A stretch of DNA of 64,000 bases from assembly GCA_963811485.1 (NCBI GenBank), contig CAWERO010000004.1:55232-119231 (forward strand), in the 5' to 3' direction. This document shows, piece by piece, positions 35,906 to 44,581 of this stretch. A program made the translations under genes and the position numbers. Origin of the DNA: an uncultured Gammaproteobacteria bacterium. GTDB taxonomy: Bacteria; Pseudomonadota; Gammaproteobacteria; Steroidobacterales; Steroidobacteraceae. The stretch's first letter is position 1; each line of letters starts with the position of its first letter. The notes beneath the pieces were generated by a model. It made no database searches. It saw only the letters and a list, made by a program, of their open reading frames with translations, and was not told the origin of the DNA.

Positions 35906-35993
35906 CGTGAGTAAACCTATGTTTTTAGCCGCGAAAGTCTACCACATTGGGGCTCCCCGGACAGCGCGCGCCACCGGAGCGTTTAGCGCTCGC

Positions 35994-35999
35994 TATACT
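35994..35999 (+). promoter_or_regulatory. candidate -10 box (TATACT) 6 nt upstream of the ubiG ATG
   Basis: cgcTATACTgtgcggATG, with no Shine-Dalgarno sequence between. No convincing -35 element. Confidence 0.3.
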
Positions 36000-36005
36000 G
36001 TGCGG

Positions 36006-36722
36006 ATGAGCGCTGCGGCCAATCTCGACACGGCGGAACTGGCGAAATTCGAGTCGGTCGCGCCCCAGTACTGGGATGCGGCGGGCCCGCTTCATACGCT
36101 GCACAGCCTGAATCCGGTACGTGCGGGGTTTATCGCCGCGCGCATACCGCTGGGCGGTGCCCGCGTGGTGGACGTGGGCTGCGGTGGCGGGCTGCTCAGC
36201 GAATCGCTGGCGCGCCTGGGCGCGCGGGTGACCGGCATCGACCTGTCCGGCGCCATGATTTCAGTCGCGCAGCTCCATGCTGAAGGCCTGGGCCTGCAGC
36301 TCGACTACCGGCTGGAGTCGGCGGCGGCGCTGGCCGCGACCGCTCCGGGTAGTTTCGACGTGGTCTGCTGCATGGAGCTGGCCGAGCATGTACCCGATCC
36401 CGCGGCGCTGCTCGCTTCACTGGCGCAGCTGCTGCGGCCTGGTGGGTCGCTGTTCATGTCGACCATCAACCGAACTGCGCGCGCATTTCTTGGCGCGATC
36501 GTCGCAGCCGAGTACCTGCTGCGGCTGGTGCCGCGCGGCACGCACGAATACGCGCGGCTGATCCGGCCGGCCGAACTGGCGCGTGCGGCGCGCAGTGCCG
36601 GCCTCGAGTTGCGTGAGCTCAGTGGCCTGGAGTACAACCCGTTCACACGCCGTGCGCACCTCGGGCCACGCGTGGACATCAACTACCTGGCGCATTTCGT
36701 CCGTGCTGCGGGGCCGGCGTGA
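36006..36722 (+). CDS. ubiG: ubiquinone biosynthesis O-methyltransferase
   Basis: MSAAANLDTAELAKFE..WWD.., SAM motif VVDVGCGGGLLSE, and RGTHEYARLIRPAEL. Divergent from gyrA and followed by gph, as in many Gammaproteobacteria. Confidence 0.9.
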   Translation: MSAAANLDTAELAKFESVAPQYWDAAGPLHTLHSLNPVRAGFIAARIPLGGARVVDVGCGGGLLSESLARLGARVTGIDLSGAMISVAQLHAEGLGLQLDYRLESAAALAATAPGSFDVVCCMELAEHVPDPAALLASLAQLLRPGGSLFMSTINRTARAFLGAIVAAEYLLRLVPRGTHEYARLIRPAELARAARSAGLELRELSGLEYNPFTRRAHLGPRVDINYLAHFVRAAGPA

Positions 36723-37408
36723 GTGAGCGTTCGCGCGCGCGCGCAGCGCTGTTCGATCTCGATGGCACGCTGCTCGACACGGCGCCGGATCTGAGCCGCG
36801 GCGCTCAACGTGCTGCTGGCAGAGGAGCGGCGCGCAGCCACTCAGCCTGGCCACGGTCCGGCCGCATGTGTCCACCGGCGCGATCGCGGTGGTGCGCACC
36901 GGATTCCCCGAGGTCGATGTCAACGCTGCCGCATTCGAAGCGCTGCGGCTGCGCTTTCTCGATCACTATCGCGCCGCGGTAGCGGTACACACGCGCTTGT
37001 TCCCGGGCTTCGAGCCGGTACTGAAGACGCTCGAAGCGCACGCCCTGCCCTGGGGCATCATTACCAACAAGGCCGCCTGGCTGACCGAACCGCTGCTCGA
37101 GGAGCTGCAGCTGCTCGGGCGCGCAGCCTGCGTGGTGAGCGGCGACACGCTGGCAGTGCGAAAGCCCCATCCGCAGCCGCTGCTGCTGGCCGCTGAGCGG
37201 ATCGGCGTGCCGCCGGCCGAGTGCGTCTATGTCGGTGATGCGCTGCGCGACGTGCAGGCCGCGCGTGCGGCCGGCATGGTGCCGCTCGGCGCACGCTACG
37301 GGTATCTGAATGAGGCAGAGCGCCGGACAGCTGGCCGGTGGCCGGCTGGCTCGATGAGCCGCGGGATCTGCTGCCCTGGCTGCAGATTGGCCGCCGGGGA
37401 CTCCACTG
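36719..37408 (+). pseudogene. gph: phosphoglycolate phosphatase (HAD superfamily); at least 3 frame breaks
   Basis: AALFDLDGTLLDTAPDL (HAD motif I), WGIITNK, VYVGDALRDVQAARAAGM. The C-terminus PDSWPVAGWLDEPRDLLPWLQIGRRGLH-TGA lies in another frame. The GTG start overlaps the ubiG stop. Confidence 0.8.
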
Positions 37409-38628
37409 ATGGCAACGGGCGCCGCGCCGCTCGTGATCGGCCTGCTGCTCGGCGCCGCCGGCGCCCTGCTGCTTGCCTGGTGGCTGATGCGCCGCCGCGG
37501 GCCAGCACTGCCCGAGGTGGAAGCACGCTTGGGCGACGCTTTGCCGAACTGGCCAACGGCGCGTTGCGCAACAATTCGGACATGTTTCTGAAGCTGGCGC
37601 GTGAATCATTCGCGCGCGAACAGGCCGGCGCGCAGGCCGCACTGCGCGAGCGCGAGACGGCGCTCGCGCACCTGGTCGAGCCCATCGCCAAGGCGCTGGA
37701 GAAAACGGAGCAACAGTTGCAGGGCATCGAGCGCGAGCGGCGCGATGCCTTCACCAGCCTGCGCACGCAGATCGAACAGCTGACCCTGGGGCAGGGCGCG
37801 CTGCAGCGCGAGACCCGCAACCTGGTCGGAGCGCTGCGCCGCCCGGAGGTGCGTGGCCGGTGGGGCGAACTGACGCTCCGCCGCGTGGTCGAGGTGGCGG
37901 GCATGTCCGAACACTGCGACTTCACCGAACAAGCCACCGTGGGCGGCACGGAAGGATTGCTCCGTCCGGACCTGATCGTGCGCATGCCCGAGGGGCGCGA
38001 CCTGGTCGTGGACGCCAAGACGCCGCTCGATGCCTATCTCGATGCCATCGAAGCCAGCACCGATGAGGCGCGGGCCGCGGCGCTGACGCGGCACGCGCAG
38101 CAGGTGGAGGCGCGCGTGCGCGAACTCGCCGGCAAGGCTTACTGGAGCCAGTTCAAGAAGAGTCCGGAGTTTGCGGTGCTGTTCCTGCCGGGCGATCAGT
38201 TCCTGAGCGCCGCGCTCACCGAGCGCCCCGAGCTGCTCGAAAACGCCATGCGTCAGGGGATCGTCCTGGCAACGCCTTCTACGCTGATCGCGCTGTTCAA
38301 GGCCGTCGCCTATGGATGGCGGCAGTCTGTCGTGGCCGAACACGCGGCGCGCATCCTTGATCTGGGCCAGGAGCTGCACCGGCGCCTCGGTACTTTCGTC
38401 GGGCATCTCGATCGCGCCGGCCAGCGGCTCAGCAGCGCAGTCGATGCCTACAACAATGCAATAGGCTCGCTCGAGCGCCAGGTGCTGCCGCAGGCACGCA
38501 AATTTACCGAGCTGGGCGCCGTGAGCGGCGAATCGCTGCCGGCGATCGAGCCGCTGGACCGGCTGGTAAGAGCCGCGAATCTCCATCCGGATGACCAGCC
38601 ACCCACTGATTCGCCGGCGCCGCCCTAA
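37409..38628 (+). pseudogene. rmuC: DNA recombination protein RmuC; 1 frame break about 37535
   Basis: N-terminal TM MATGAAPLVIGLLLGAAGALLLAWWL, then (in another frame) FAELANGAL..coiled coil..RGRWGELTLRRVVEVAGM, PDLIVRMPEGRDLVVDAKTPL, AVLFLPGDQF. Confidence 0.85.
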
Positions 38629-38631
38629 GCC

Positions 38632-39555
38632 ATGCTGAACCCGGTTGAAATCCGCGCCTACCAAGCACCCCCCGGCCTGCTGCGTGAGCGTGTGATCGCC
38701 ATTACCGGTGCCGGCGACGGCATCGGCCGCGCGCTGGCGCTGGCGGCTGCGCGCCATGGCGCGCGGCTGGTGCTGATCGGCCGCAATGTGCGCCGTCTCG
38801 AGGCCCTGCACGCGCAGATCGCTCCATTCGAGACTGCGGACACTCAAGCGCAGCAGTCCAGCATCGCGCCGCTCGATCTGGAGAAGGCGCTCGCCAGCGA
38901 CTACGACTCGCTTGCCGCCGCATTACTGCAACGATACGGGCGACTCGACGGCCTGGTGCACAACGCGGCCCTGCTGGGCACGCTCGCGCCAATCGAGCAC
39001 GCCGACATGCTGAACTGGTGTCGGGTGCTGCACGTGAACCTGACTGCGGCGTTTGCGCTCACGCAAGTGCTGCTGCCCGCGCTGCGGGCTTCGGCCGATG
39101 CCTCGGTGATCTTCACCTCCAGCAGCGTGGGCCGCCGCGGCCGCGCCAACTGGGGTGCCTATGCCGTGTCCAAATTCGGTGTCGAGGGCCTGAGCCAGGT
39201 GCTCGCCGACGAGTTGTGCGGAAATTCCGCAGTACGCGTCAATGCAGTCAATCCCGGCCCGACGCGCACGCGCATGCGACGCCAGGCGTTTCCCGGCGAG
39301 GATCCGGCGCAGTTGCCGGAACCCGCGGCAATCCTTGCGCCTTACCTGTGGCTGCTGGGACCCGCCAGCCGCGGGGTCACGGGCCAGAGCCTGGATTGTC
39401 AGGCGCTGCGACCCCCGACCGGCGGCGGCACCGGGTTGAGGAGCGCGGCGATTTCGTCCGGCGTCAGTTCCCGCCAGCGGCCGCGCGGGAGCGAGCGCTC
39501 GAGCGCCAGGCTCCCGAGCCGGATGCGCATCAGGCGGCTGACCGCAACGGCCTGA
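38632..39555 (+). CDS. short-chain dehydrogenase/reductase (YciK-like); 3' end doubtful
   Basis: ITGAGDGIGRALAL, NAALLG, SSSVGRRGRANWGAYAVSKFG (S..YxxxK). The last 45-50 codons overlap the convergent rluB-like gene and look non-homologous, so the true stop is probably near 39400-39430. Confidence 0.75.
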   Translation: MLNPVEIRAYQAPPGLLRERVIAITGAGDGIGRALALAAARHGARLVLIGRNVRRLEALHAQIAPFETADTQAQQSSIAPLDLEKALASDYDSLAAALLQRYGRLDGLVHNAALLGTLAPIEHADMLNWCRVLHVNLTAAFALTQVLLPALRASADASVIFTSSSVGRRGRANWGAYAVSKFGVEGLSQVLADELCGNSAVRVNAVNPGPTRTRMRRQAFPGEDPAQLPEPAAILAPYLWLLGPASRGVTGQSLDCQALRPPTGGGTGLRSAAISSGVSSRQRPRGSERSSARLPSRMRIRRLTATA

Positions 39556-40163
39556 CGTTCCAGCAGCTGGCGCAGGTCGTTGCCGCTCGCGCCCAGCGTA
39601 TCGATCTGATACCAGTGATTGGTGCCGGCGCCACCCGCCGCGGCGATGCTCAGCACGTTCAGGTTCGTGCCACGATCGAGCAGGCCGGCACTGATGCCGG
39701 CCTCCTGCACCGGCGTCAGTTCGCCGCGCACGCGCAGGCTGAATACCACGGTTTGCGCACGCACGGCGCGCTGCAGGCGGCCGGCCAGTTCGCCGTCGGC
39801 CGTCAGGAGCTCGAGCCCGCCGTCCACCAGCGGCAGCGGGCTGATGCTCATGAATCGCTGCCCCGCGCGCCGTGGCAGTTGCGCTGCCAGTGATTCCGTG
39901 CCGGCGGGATTGGGCAGCAGCGGGATACCGGGCGAGCGATGGCACAACAGCACCGGCCGCTCAGCCGCGACGCGGTTCTGGCGGATCATGCGACCGTCGA
40001 GCCGCAACTGGTCGCTGCGAGCTACTTTGTCGCCGAGGCTCGCCGCCCGTCCGTTGATCGACAGGCGTCCGGCCTTGATCCACTGCTCGGCCTCGCGACG
40101 CGAGGCCACCCCGAGCCTCGAAAGGACCTTTTGCAGGCGCTCGGGCTCCGGCTCGCGCGCCAT
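39399..40163 (-). CDS. RluB/RsuA-family pseudouridine synthase homolog with a non-canonical active-site loop
   Basis: S4 domain (ERLQKVLSRLGVASRREAEQWIKAGRLSINGR) plus a pseudouridine-synthase-like core (LELLTADGELAGRL, VSRLMRIRLGSL, LPRGRWRELT). SPLPLVDGG stands where VGRLDxxxxG is expected. Confidence 0.7.
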   Translation of the reverse strand: MAREPEPERLQKVLSRLGVASRREAEQWIKAGRLSINGRAASLGDKVARSDQLRLDGRMIRQNRVAAERPVLLCHRSPGIPLLPNPAGTESLAAQLPRRAGQRFMSISPLPLVDGGLELLTADGELAGRLQRAVRAQTVVFSLRVRGELTPVQEAGISAGLLDRGTNLNVLSIAAAGGAGTNHWYQIDTLGASGNDLRQLLERQAVAVSRLMRIRLGSLALERSLPRGRWRELTPDEIAALLNPVPPPVGGRSA

Positions 40164-40168
40164 GCCGT

Positions 40169-40870
40169 TCAGTCTTCGGCGGTCGGGCCGGCCGCCACCA
40201 GCCCAGGCACGGCTGCGGATAATTCCGGGGAATTGCCCGGTTCGTCCTCAGGGTCACCCGCGTTATCGCTCAGCATGGCCGCGGCCGCAATTTCCTCGGC
40301 GGGCTCGGGACCGACTGGCAGCACCAGCTGCGGATTGATTTCGTCGAGCCCACGCAGCTGCGCCAGCGGTGGCAGTTCATCGACACTGCGCAGGCCGAAA
40401 TAATCGAGGAATTCACGCGTCGTGCCGAGCAGTTCAGGCCGGCCCGGCAGCTCGCGATGGCCGACGACCCGGATCCAGTTGCGCTCGAGCAGGGTGCGGA
40501 TGATGTCGGGATTAACGGTTACGCCGCGCACTGCTTCGATCTCGGCGCGCGTGATCGGCTGGCGGTAGGCGATCAGCGCCAGCGTTTCCAGCAAGGCACG
40601 TGAATAGCGCTGCGGCCGCTCGGGCCACAACCGCGACACCTCGGTGGCGAACTCGCGGCGCACCTGGATGCGCACGCCGCTGGCCGTTTCCTTCAGCTCC
40701 AGGCCGCGCGTGGCGTATTCCTGCTCGAGCGCGGCCAGGCAGGCACGGATCGCTGCCGTGCCGGGGCGATCGGTCTCGCCAAACAGCGCCGCGAGCTCAT
40801 CGAGCCCCAGCGAGCGGCCCGCGGCCAGCAGTCCCGCTTCCACGACGTTCTTGATGTATTGCTCGTTCAT
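40169..40870 (-). CDS. scpB: segregation and condensation protein B
   Basis: Intact 233 aa: LETLALIAYRQPITRAEIEAVRGV, GRPELLGTTREFLDYFGL. Confidence 0.9.
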   Translation of the reverse strand: MNEQYIKNVVEAGLLAAGRSLGLDELAALFGETDRPGTAAIRACLAALEQEYATRGLELKETASGVRIQVRREFATEVSRLWPERPQRYSRALLETLALIAYRQPITRAEIEAVRGVTVNPDIIRTLLERNWIRVVGHRELPGRPELLGTTREFLDYFGLRSVDELPPLAQLRGLDEINPQLVLPVGPEPAEEIAAAAMLSDNAGDPEDEPGNSPELSAAVPGLVAAGPTAED

Positions 40871-41766
40871 GCCCCGCCCTCGGGTTCCGCGTCCGGCACC
40901 AATTGCAGTGTACGCACCGGCGCGGTGCGGCGCACGTGGAGCGGTGCCAGAGCTTCGGTCTGTACGATGTCGATGAGCCCTTCCCGCAGCAGTTCGAGTA
41001 TCGCCACAAAAGTCACCGTGACGCCCATACGGCCTTCCTCCGGGGCGAACAGGCGCACGAAATCGACGAACTCGCCCGCCTCCAGTGCGGCCAGCACATT
41101 GCTCATTCGTTCCCGCACCGACAGCGCTTCCCGTTGCACGCGATGGTGCGCGAACATCTGTGAGCGCGTGGCCACCTCGCGGAAGGCCAGCAGCATTTCA
41201 CGCAACGTAACCTGCGGCAGCACCCGCGCCACCGGCCGATCGCGCAATTCGGCGCTGGCCTGGAACACATCGCGTTCGAGGCGCACCAACTGGTCGACAT
41301 CGCCCGCAGCCCGCTTGAAGCGCTCGTATTCCTGCAGCCGGCGCACCAGTTCGGCGCGCGGATCATCCTCGCCCTCAGCGGCGCTCGCCGGCCGCGGCAG
41401 CAGCATGCGCGACTTGATCTCGGCCAGTGTGGCCGCCATCACCAGGTATTCGCCGGCCAGCTCGAGCTGCAGGTCCTGCATCAGCTCGATGTAGCGCATG
41501 TACTGGCGGGTGATCTCGGCGATCGGAATATCGAGAACATCGAGATTCTGGCGGCGGATCAGGTACAGCAGCAGATCGAGCGGGCCCTCGAAGGCCTCGA
41601 GGAACACTTCAAGTGCCTGCGGCGGAATGTACAGGTCGCGCGGCATGTGCGTGACCGGCTCCCCATTGACAATGGCGAAGGGCATTTCCGCCTGTTCGGG
41701 CGCGAGCCCGGCCAATTGGGGTGGCGGCGGGCTGGAAACCACGATTTTCAGATCCGGCTTGGTCAT
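40867..41766 (-). CDS. scpA: segregation and condensation protein A
   Basis: From MTKPDLKIV (its ATG overlaps the trpS stop): FEGPLDLLLYLIRRQNLDVLDIPIAEIT. The 375-aa ORF-track N-terminus overlaps trpS and is spurious. Confidence 0.88.
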   Translation of the reverse strand: MTKPDLKIVVSSPPPPQLAGLAPEQAEMPFAIVNGEPVTHMPRDLYIPPQALEVFLEAFEGPLDLLLYLIRRQNLDVLDIPIAEITRQYMRYIELMQDLQLELAGEYLVMAATLAEIKSRMLLPRPASAAEGEDDPRAELVRRLQEYERFKRAAGDVDQLVRLERDVFQASAELRDRPVARVLPQVTLREMLLAFREVATRSQMFAHHRVQREALSVRERMSNVLAALEAGEFVDFVRLFAPEEGRMGVTVTFVAILELLREGLIDIVQTEALAPLHVRRTAPVRTLQLVPDAEPEGGA

Positions 41767-42977
41767 TCGTTGCGCAGGTGCATGGCCCGGCGCACGTCCT
41801 CGAGCGTGTGGCGTGCCGACTCGCGCGCCTTCTCGGCACCTTCGGCCACGAGATTCTTCACCAGGTCGGGGTGATCCTGGTAATCCTTCGCGCGCTCGCG
41901 CATCCCGGTGACTTCCGCGACTACTTTTTCGATCAGCGGCTGCTTGCATTCGAGGCAGCCAATGCCAGCGCTGCGGCAGCCCGCGCTCGCCCACTCGCGC
42001 GTGGCCTCATCCGAGTAGATGCGATGCAGGTCGAACACGGGGCACTTCGCCGGATCGCCCGGATCCGTGCGCCGGGCCCGCGCCGGGTCGGTCTGCATGC
42101 CCTTGAGCTTACGCGCCACACTGTCTGGATCCTCGCGCAGGCCGATGGTGTTGCCGTAGGACTTGGACATCTTTCGCCCGTCGAGCCCAGGCACCCTGGG
42201 ATTGGCGGTCAGCAACACCTGCGGTTCCGGCAGGATGCTGACGCTGGTGCCTTCAAGGTAGCCCAGGAGCCGCTCGCGGTCGGCCACCGTGATGCGGGTG
42301 TTGCCGCTCACCAGATTGCGCGCCCGCTCGAGCGCTGCCGGATCGCCTTTCTCCTGAAACTGCCGGCGCAGTTGGCGGTAGAGGGTAATGTTGCGCCCAC
42401 CCAGCTCCTTCACCGCACGCTCGGCCTTGGCTTCGAAATCCGGCTCCTGGCCATAAAGGTTATTGAAGCGCCGCGCGACTTCGCGGGTGAATTCCACGTG
42501 CGCCGCCTGGTCCTCGCCTACCGGCACGAAGGCGGGTCGGTAGATCAGGATGTCGGCGCTTTGCAGTAGCGGGTAGCCGAGAAACCCGTAGGTGGCCAGG
42601 TCCTTCTCGCGCAGCTGCTCCTGCTGGTCCTTGTAGCTGGGCACGCGCTCCAGCCAGCCGAGCGGTGTGATCATGGACAGCAGCAGGTGTAGTTCTGCGT
42701 GCTCGGGCACGTGCGATTGCACGAACAGCGTCGCCACGTCCGGATTCAGGCCCGCGGCGAGCCAGTCGACCACCATCTCGCGGATCATCTCCGGCAGGTC
42801 GGAGGTGTTGTCATAGCCCGTGGTCAGGGCGTGCCAGTCCGCGACGAAGAAGTAACATTCGTACTGGTACTGCAGGTCGACCCAGTTTCGCAGCGCCCCG
42901 TGGTAATTGCCCAGGTGCAACTGGCCGGTCGGGCGCATACCGGACAGTACGCGCCTGGCTTGGGGAGCAGAACTCAT
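41763..42977 (-). CDS. trpS: tryptophan-tRNA ligase (long, about 400-aa form) with a C-terminal four-Cys motif
   Basis: Class-I signatures HLGNYHG and KMSKS; ADWHALT. Cys312, 334, 341 and 344 form C-x21-C-x6-C-x2-C. Confidence 0.92.
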   Translation of the reverse strand: MSSAPQARRVLSGMRPTGQLHLGNYHGALRNWVDLQYQYECYFFVADWHALTTGYDNTSDLPEMIREMVVDWLAAGLNPDVATLFVQSHVPEHAELHLLLSMITPLGWLERVPSYKDQQEQLREKDLATYGFLGYPLLQSADILIYRPAFVPVGEDQAAHVEFTREVARRFNNLYGQEPDFEAKAERAVKELGGRNITLYRQLRRQFQEKGDPAALERARNLVSGNTRITVADRERLLGYLEGTSVSILPEPQVLLTANPRVPGLDGRKMSKSYGNTIGLREDPDSVARKLKGMQTDPARARRTDPGDPAKCPVFDLHRIYSDEATREWASAGCRSAGIGCLECKQPLIEKVVAEVTGMRERAKDYQDHPDLVKNLVAEGAEKARESARHTLEDVRRAMHLRNE

Positions 42978-43019
42978 CCGTCGGCATTATACGGGCCGCT
43001 GCCCTGCCCGTCTCAGGCC

Positions 43020-43646
43020 CTATTGGGCGCCGAATCCTGGCAGCTGGCCGCGCCCCTGGCGCAGGATGACCGGCGGCGAGACGGCCAGGTCCACGACTGT
43101 CGTGGGCTCCAGGCCGCAGTTGCCCGAATCGAGCACGGCGTCGATCTGGTGCTCGAGCCGCTTACGGATCTCATGTCCTTCGGTGAGCGGCACGGCTTCT
43201 CCGGGCAGCAGCAGCGTGGAACTCATGATCGGTTCGCCCAGTTCCGCGAGCAGCAGGCGTGGTACCACATGGTCGGGAATGCGGATACCAATGCTGCGCC
43301 GCTGCGGATGCTGCAGGCGGCGCGGTGTTTCGCGGGTGGCCGGCAGCAGAAAGGTGAACGGCCCGGGCGTCGCGGCCTTGAGGAGGCGGAATTGCCAGGT
43401 GTCAACTCGGGCGTAGCGGGCGATCTCGGCCAGATCGCGGCAGACCAGCGTGAAGTGATGGTGCTTGTCGGCCTGGCGGAGCCGCCTGATGCGCTCGAGG
43501 GCCTCCCGGTCACCGATATGGCAGCCCAGGGCATAGCAACTGTCGGTCGGGTAGGCGATCAGGCCCCCGTCGCGCAGGATCTGCACCGCCTGGCGGATGA
43601 GTCGAAGCTGCGGATTCTGCGGATGCAATTCGAAATACTGGCTCAA
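43020..43646 (-). CDS. YrdC/YciO/Sua5-domain protein (threonylcarbamoyl-AMP synthase family)
   Basis: From a TTG start (MSQYFELHPQNPQ): GGLIAYPTDSCYALGC, FTLVCRD, GPFTFLLPAT, IGIRIPDH, STLLLPGE. About 208 aa. Confidence 0.8.
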   Translation of the reverse strand: MSQYFELHPQNPQLRLIRQAVQILRDGGLIAYPTDSCYALGCHIGDREALERIRRLRQADKHHHFTLVCRDLAEIARYARVDTWQFRLLKAATPGPFTFLLPATRETPRRLQHPQRRSIGIRIPDHVVPRLLLAELGEPIMSSTLLLPGEAVPLTEGHEIRKRLEHQIDAVLDSGNCGLEPTTVVDLAVSPPVILRQGRGQLPGFGAQ

Positions 43647-43718
43647 GCAGCTAATATACGCGGCCCATAAGGGCCCCGTGCCCGAAACCGGGAACGCACC
43701 CCGAGGAACCGTGACCGG

Positions 43719-44280
43719 ATGCAAGCCGCGCTCAATTTTCTGCCGCTGGCCGCTTTCATGCTGGCCTACCGGCTCCGCGGCATCTACATGGCGACGGCCG
43801 TGCTGATGGGGGCCATGCTGCTGCTGGCCCTGGTCGATTACCTGCGCTTCGCGCCGCGTCTCGCCCATGCACGCGTTGAGCACCGTGCTGGTGCTGGTGT
43901 TCGGCGGCGCGACGCTGGTATTTCACGATCCGCGGTTTCTGAAGATCAAGCCGACTTTGCTGCTGTGGCTCATGGCGCTTGCCTTTCTCGGCAGCCAGTG
44001 GATTGGCAGGACCCCGCTCGTGCAGCGGCTGCTGGAACCGGCGCTCACGCCCGGAGCCACTGTGCCGCGGGAACAATGGTTGCGCGCCAACTGGGTCTGG
44101 GTTGGCGCCTACGTGTTGCTCGGCGCGCTGAACCTGTACGTGGCGCAGCACGCGAGCGAGCAGGTCTGGGTCTACTTCAAGGGCTTCGGCCTGACGATCG
44201 CACTGATGGCCCTGGCCATGGGCCAGGCCATCTGGCTGCATCGGCGCCAGGCCGGCATCAGCGCGGAATCCGGGCCATGA
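43719..44280 (+). pseudogene. yciB: intracellular septation protein A (YciB/IspZ); 1 frame break about 43850
   Basis: MQAALNFLPLAAFMLAYRLRGIYMATAVLM.. then, in another frame, MHALSTVLVLVFGGATLVFHDPRFLKIKPTLLLWL... Confidence 0.8.
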
Positions 44281-44564
44281 CGCAGGGGTCGGCGCCTGGA
44301 TCCCGGGTTGAACGAATTCGCGCCGTGGTGCAGGATGCGCTCCATCCCGTTCTGCTTGAGATTCGCGATGACAGTGCGGCGCACGTCGGCCATGCCGGTG
44401 GCGGCGGCAAGGGGCACTTTAGACTCGTGATCGTGTCTGAGCTCTTTTCCGGGAAATCGCTCCTGCAGCGACATCGCCTGGTGCATGAGGCGCTGGCGTC
44501 GCTGCTGGAGAGCGATATCCACGCATTGGTACTGAGCACCAAGGCGCCTGATGAATTACATTAA
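44277..44564 (+). CDS. BolA-family protein
   Basis: 95 aa with an ATGA overlap with yciB. HVGHAGGGGKGHFRLVIVSELFSGKSLLQRHRLVHEAL carries the BolA F.G..RHR.V signature. Confidence 0.8.
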   Translation: MTQGSAPGSRVERIRAVVQDALHPVLLEIRDDSAAHVGHAGGGGKGHFRLVIVSELFSGKSLLQRHRLVHEALASLLESDIHALVLSTKAPDELH

Positions 44565-44581
44565 GTTTATATTGTAACCCT

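Noticed and set aside
36868-38628. 586-aa ORF apparently fusing a HAD phosphatase to RmuC. Likewise, 27163..28602 appears to fuse EPSP synthase to cytidylate kinase.
   Set aside because: In both cases the upstream protein's conserved C-terminus and a stop codon are present in another frame (TGA at 37406; ATGA overlap at 27323-27326). The fusions therefore come from frame breaks, not from real gene fusions.
39399-39555. 157-bp convergent overlap between the SDR gene and the rluB-like gene.
   Set aside because: The SDR homology ends near ..TGQSLDCQ. The overlapping tail is probably read-through (a missed stop or indel) rather than a genuine long antisense overlap.
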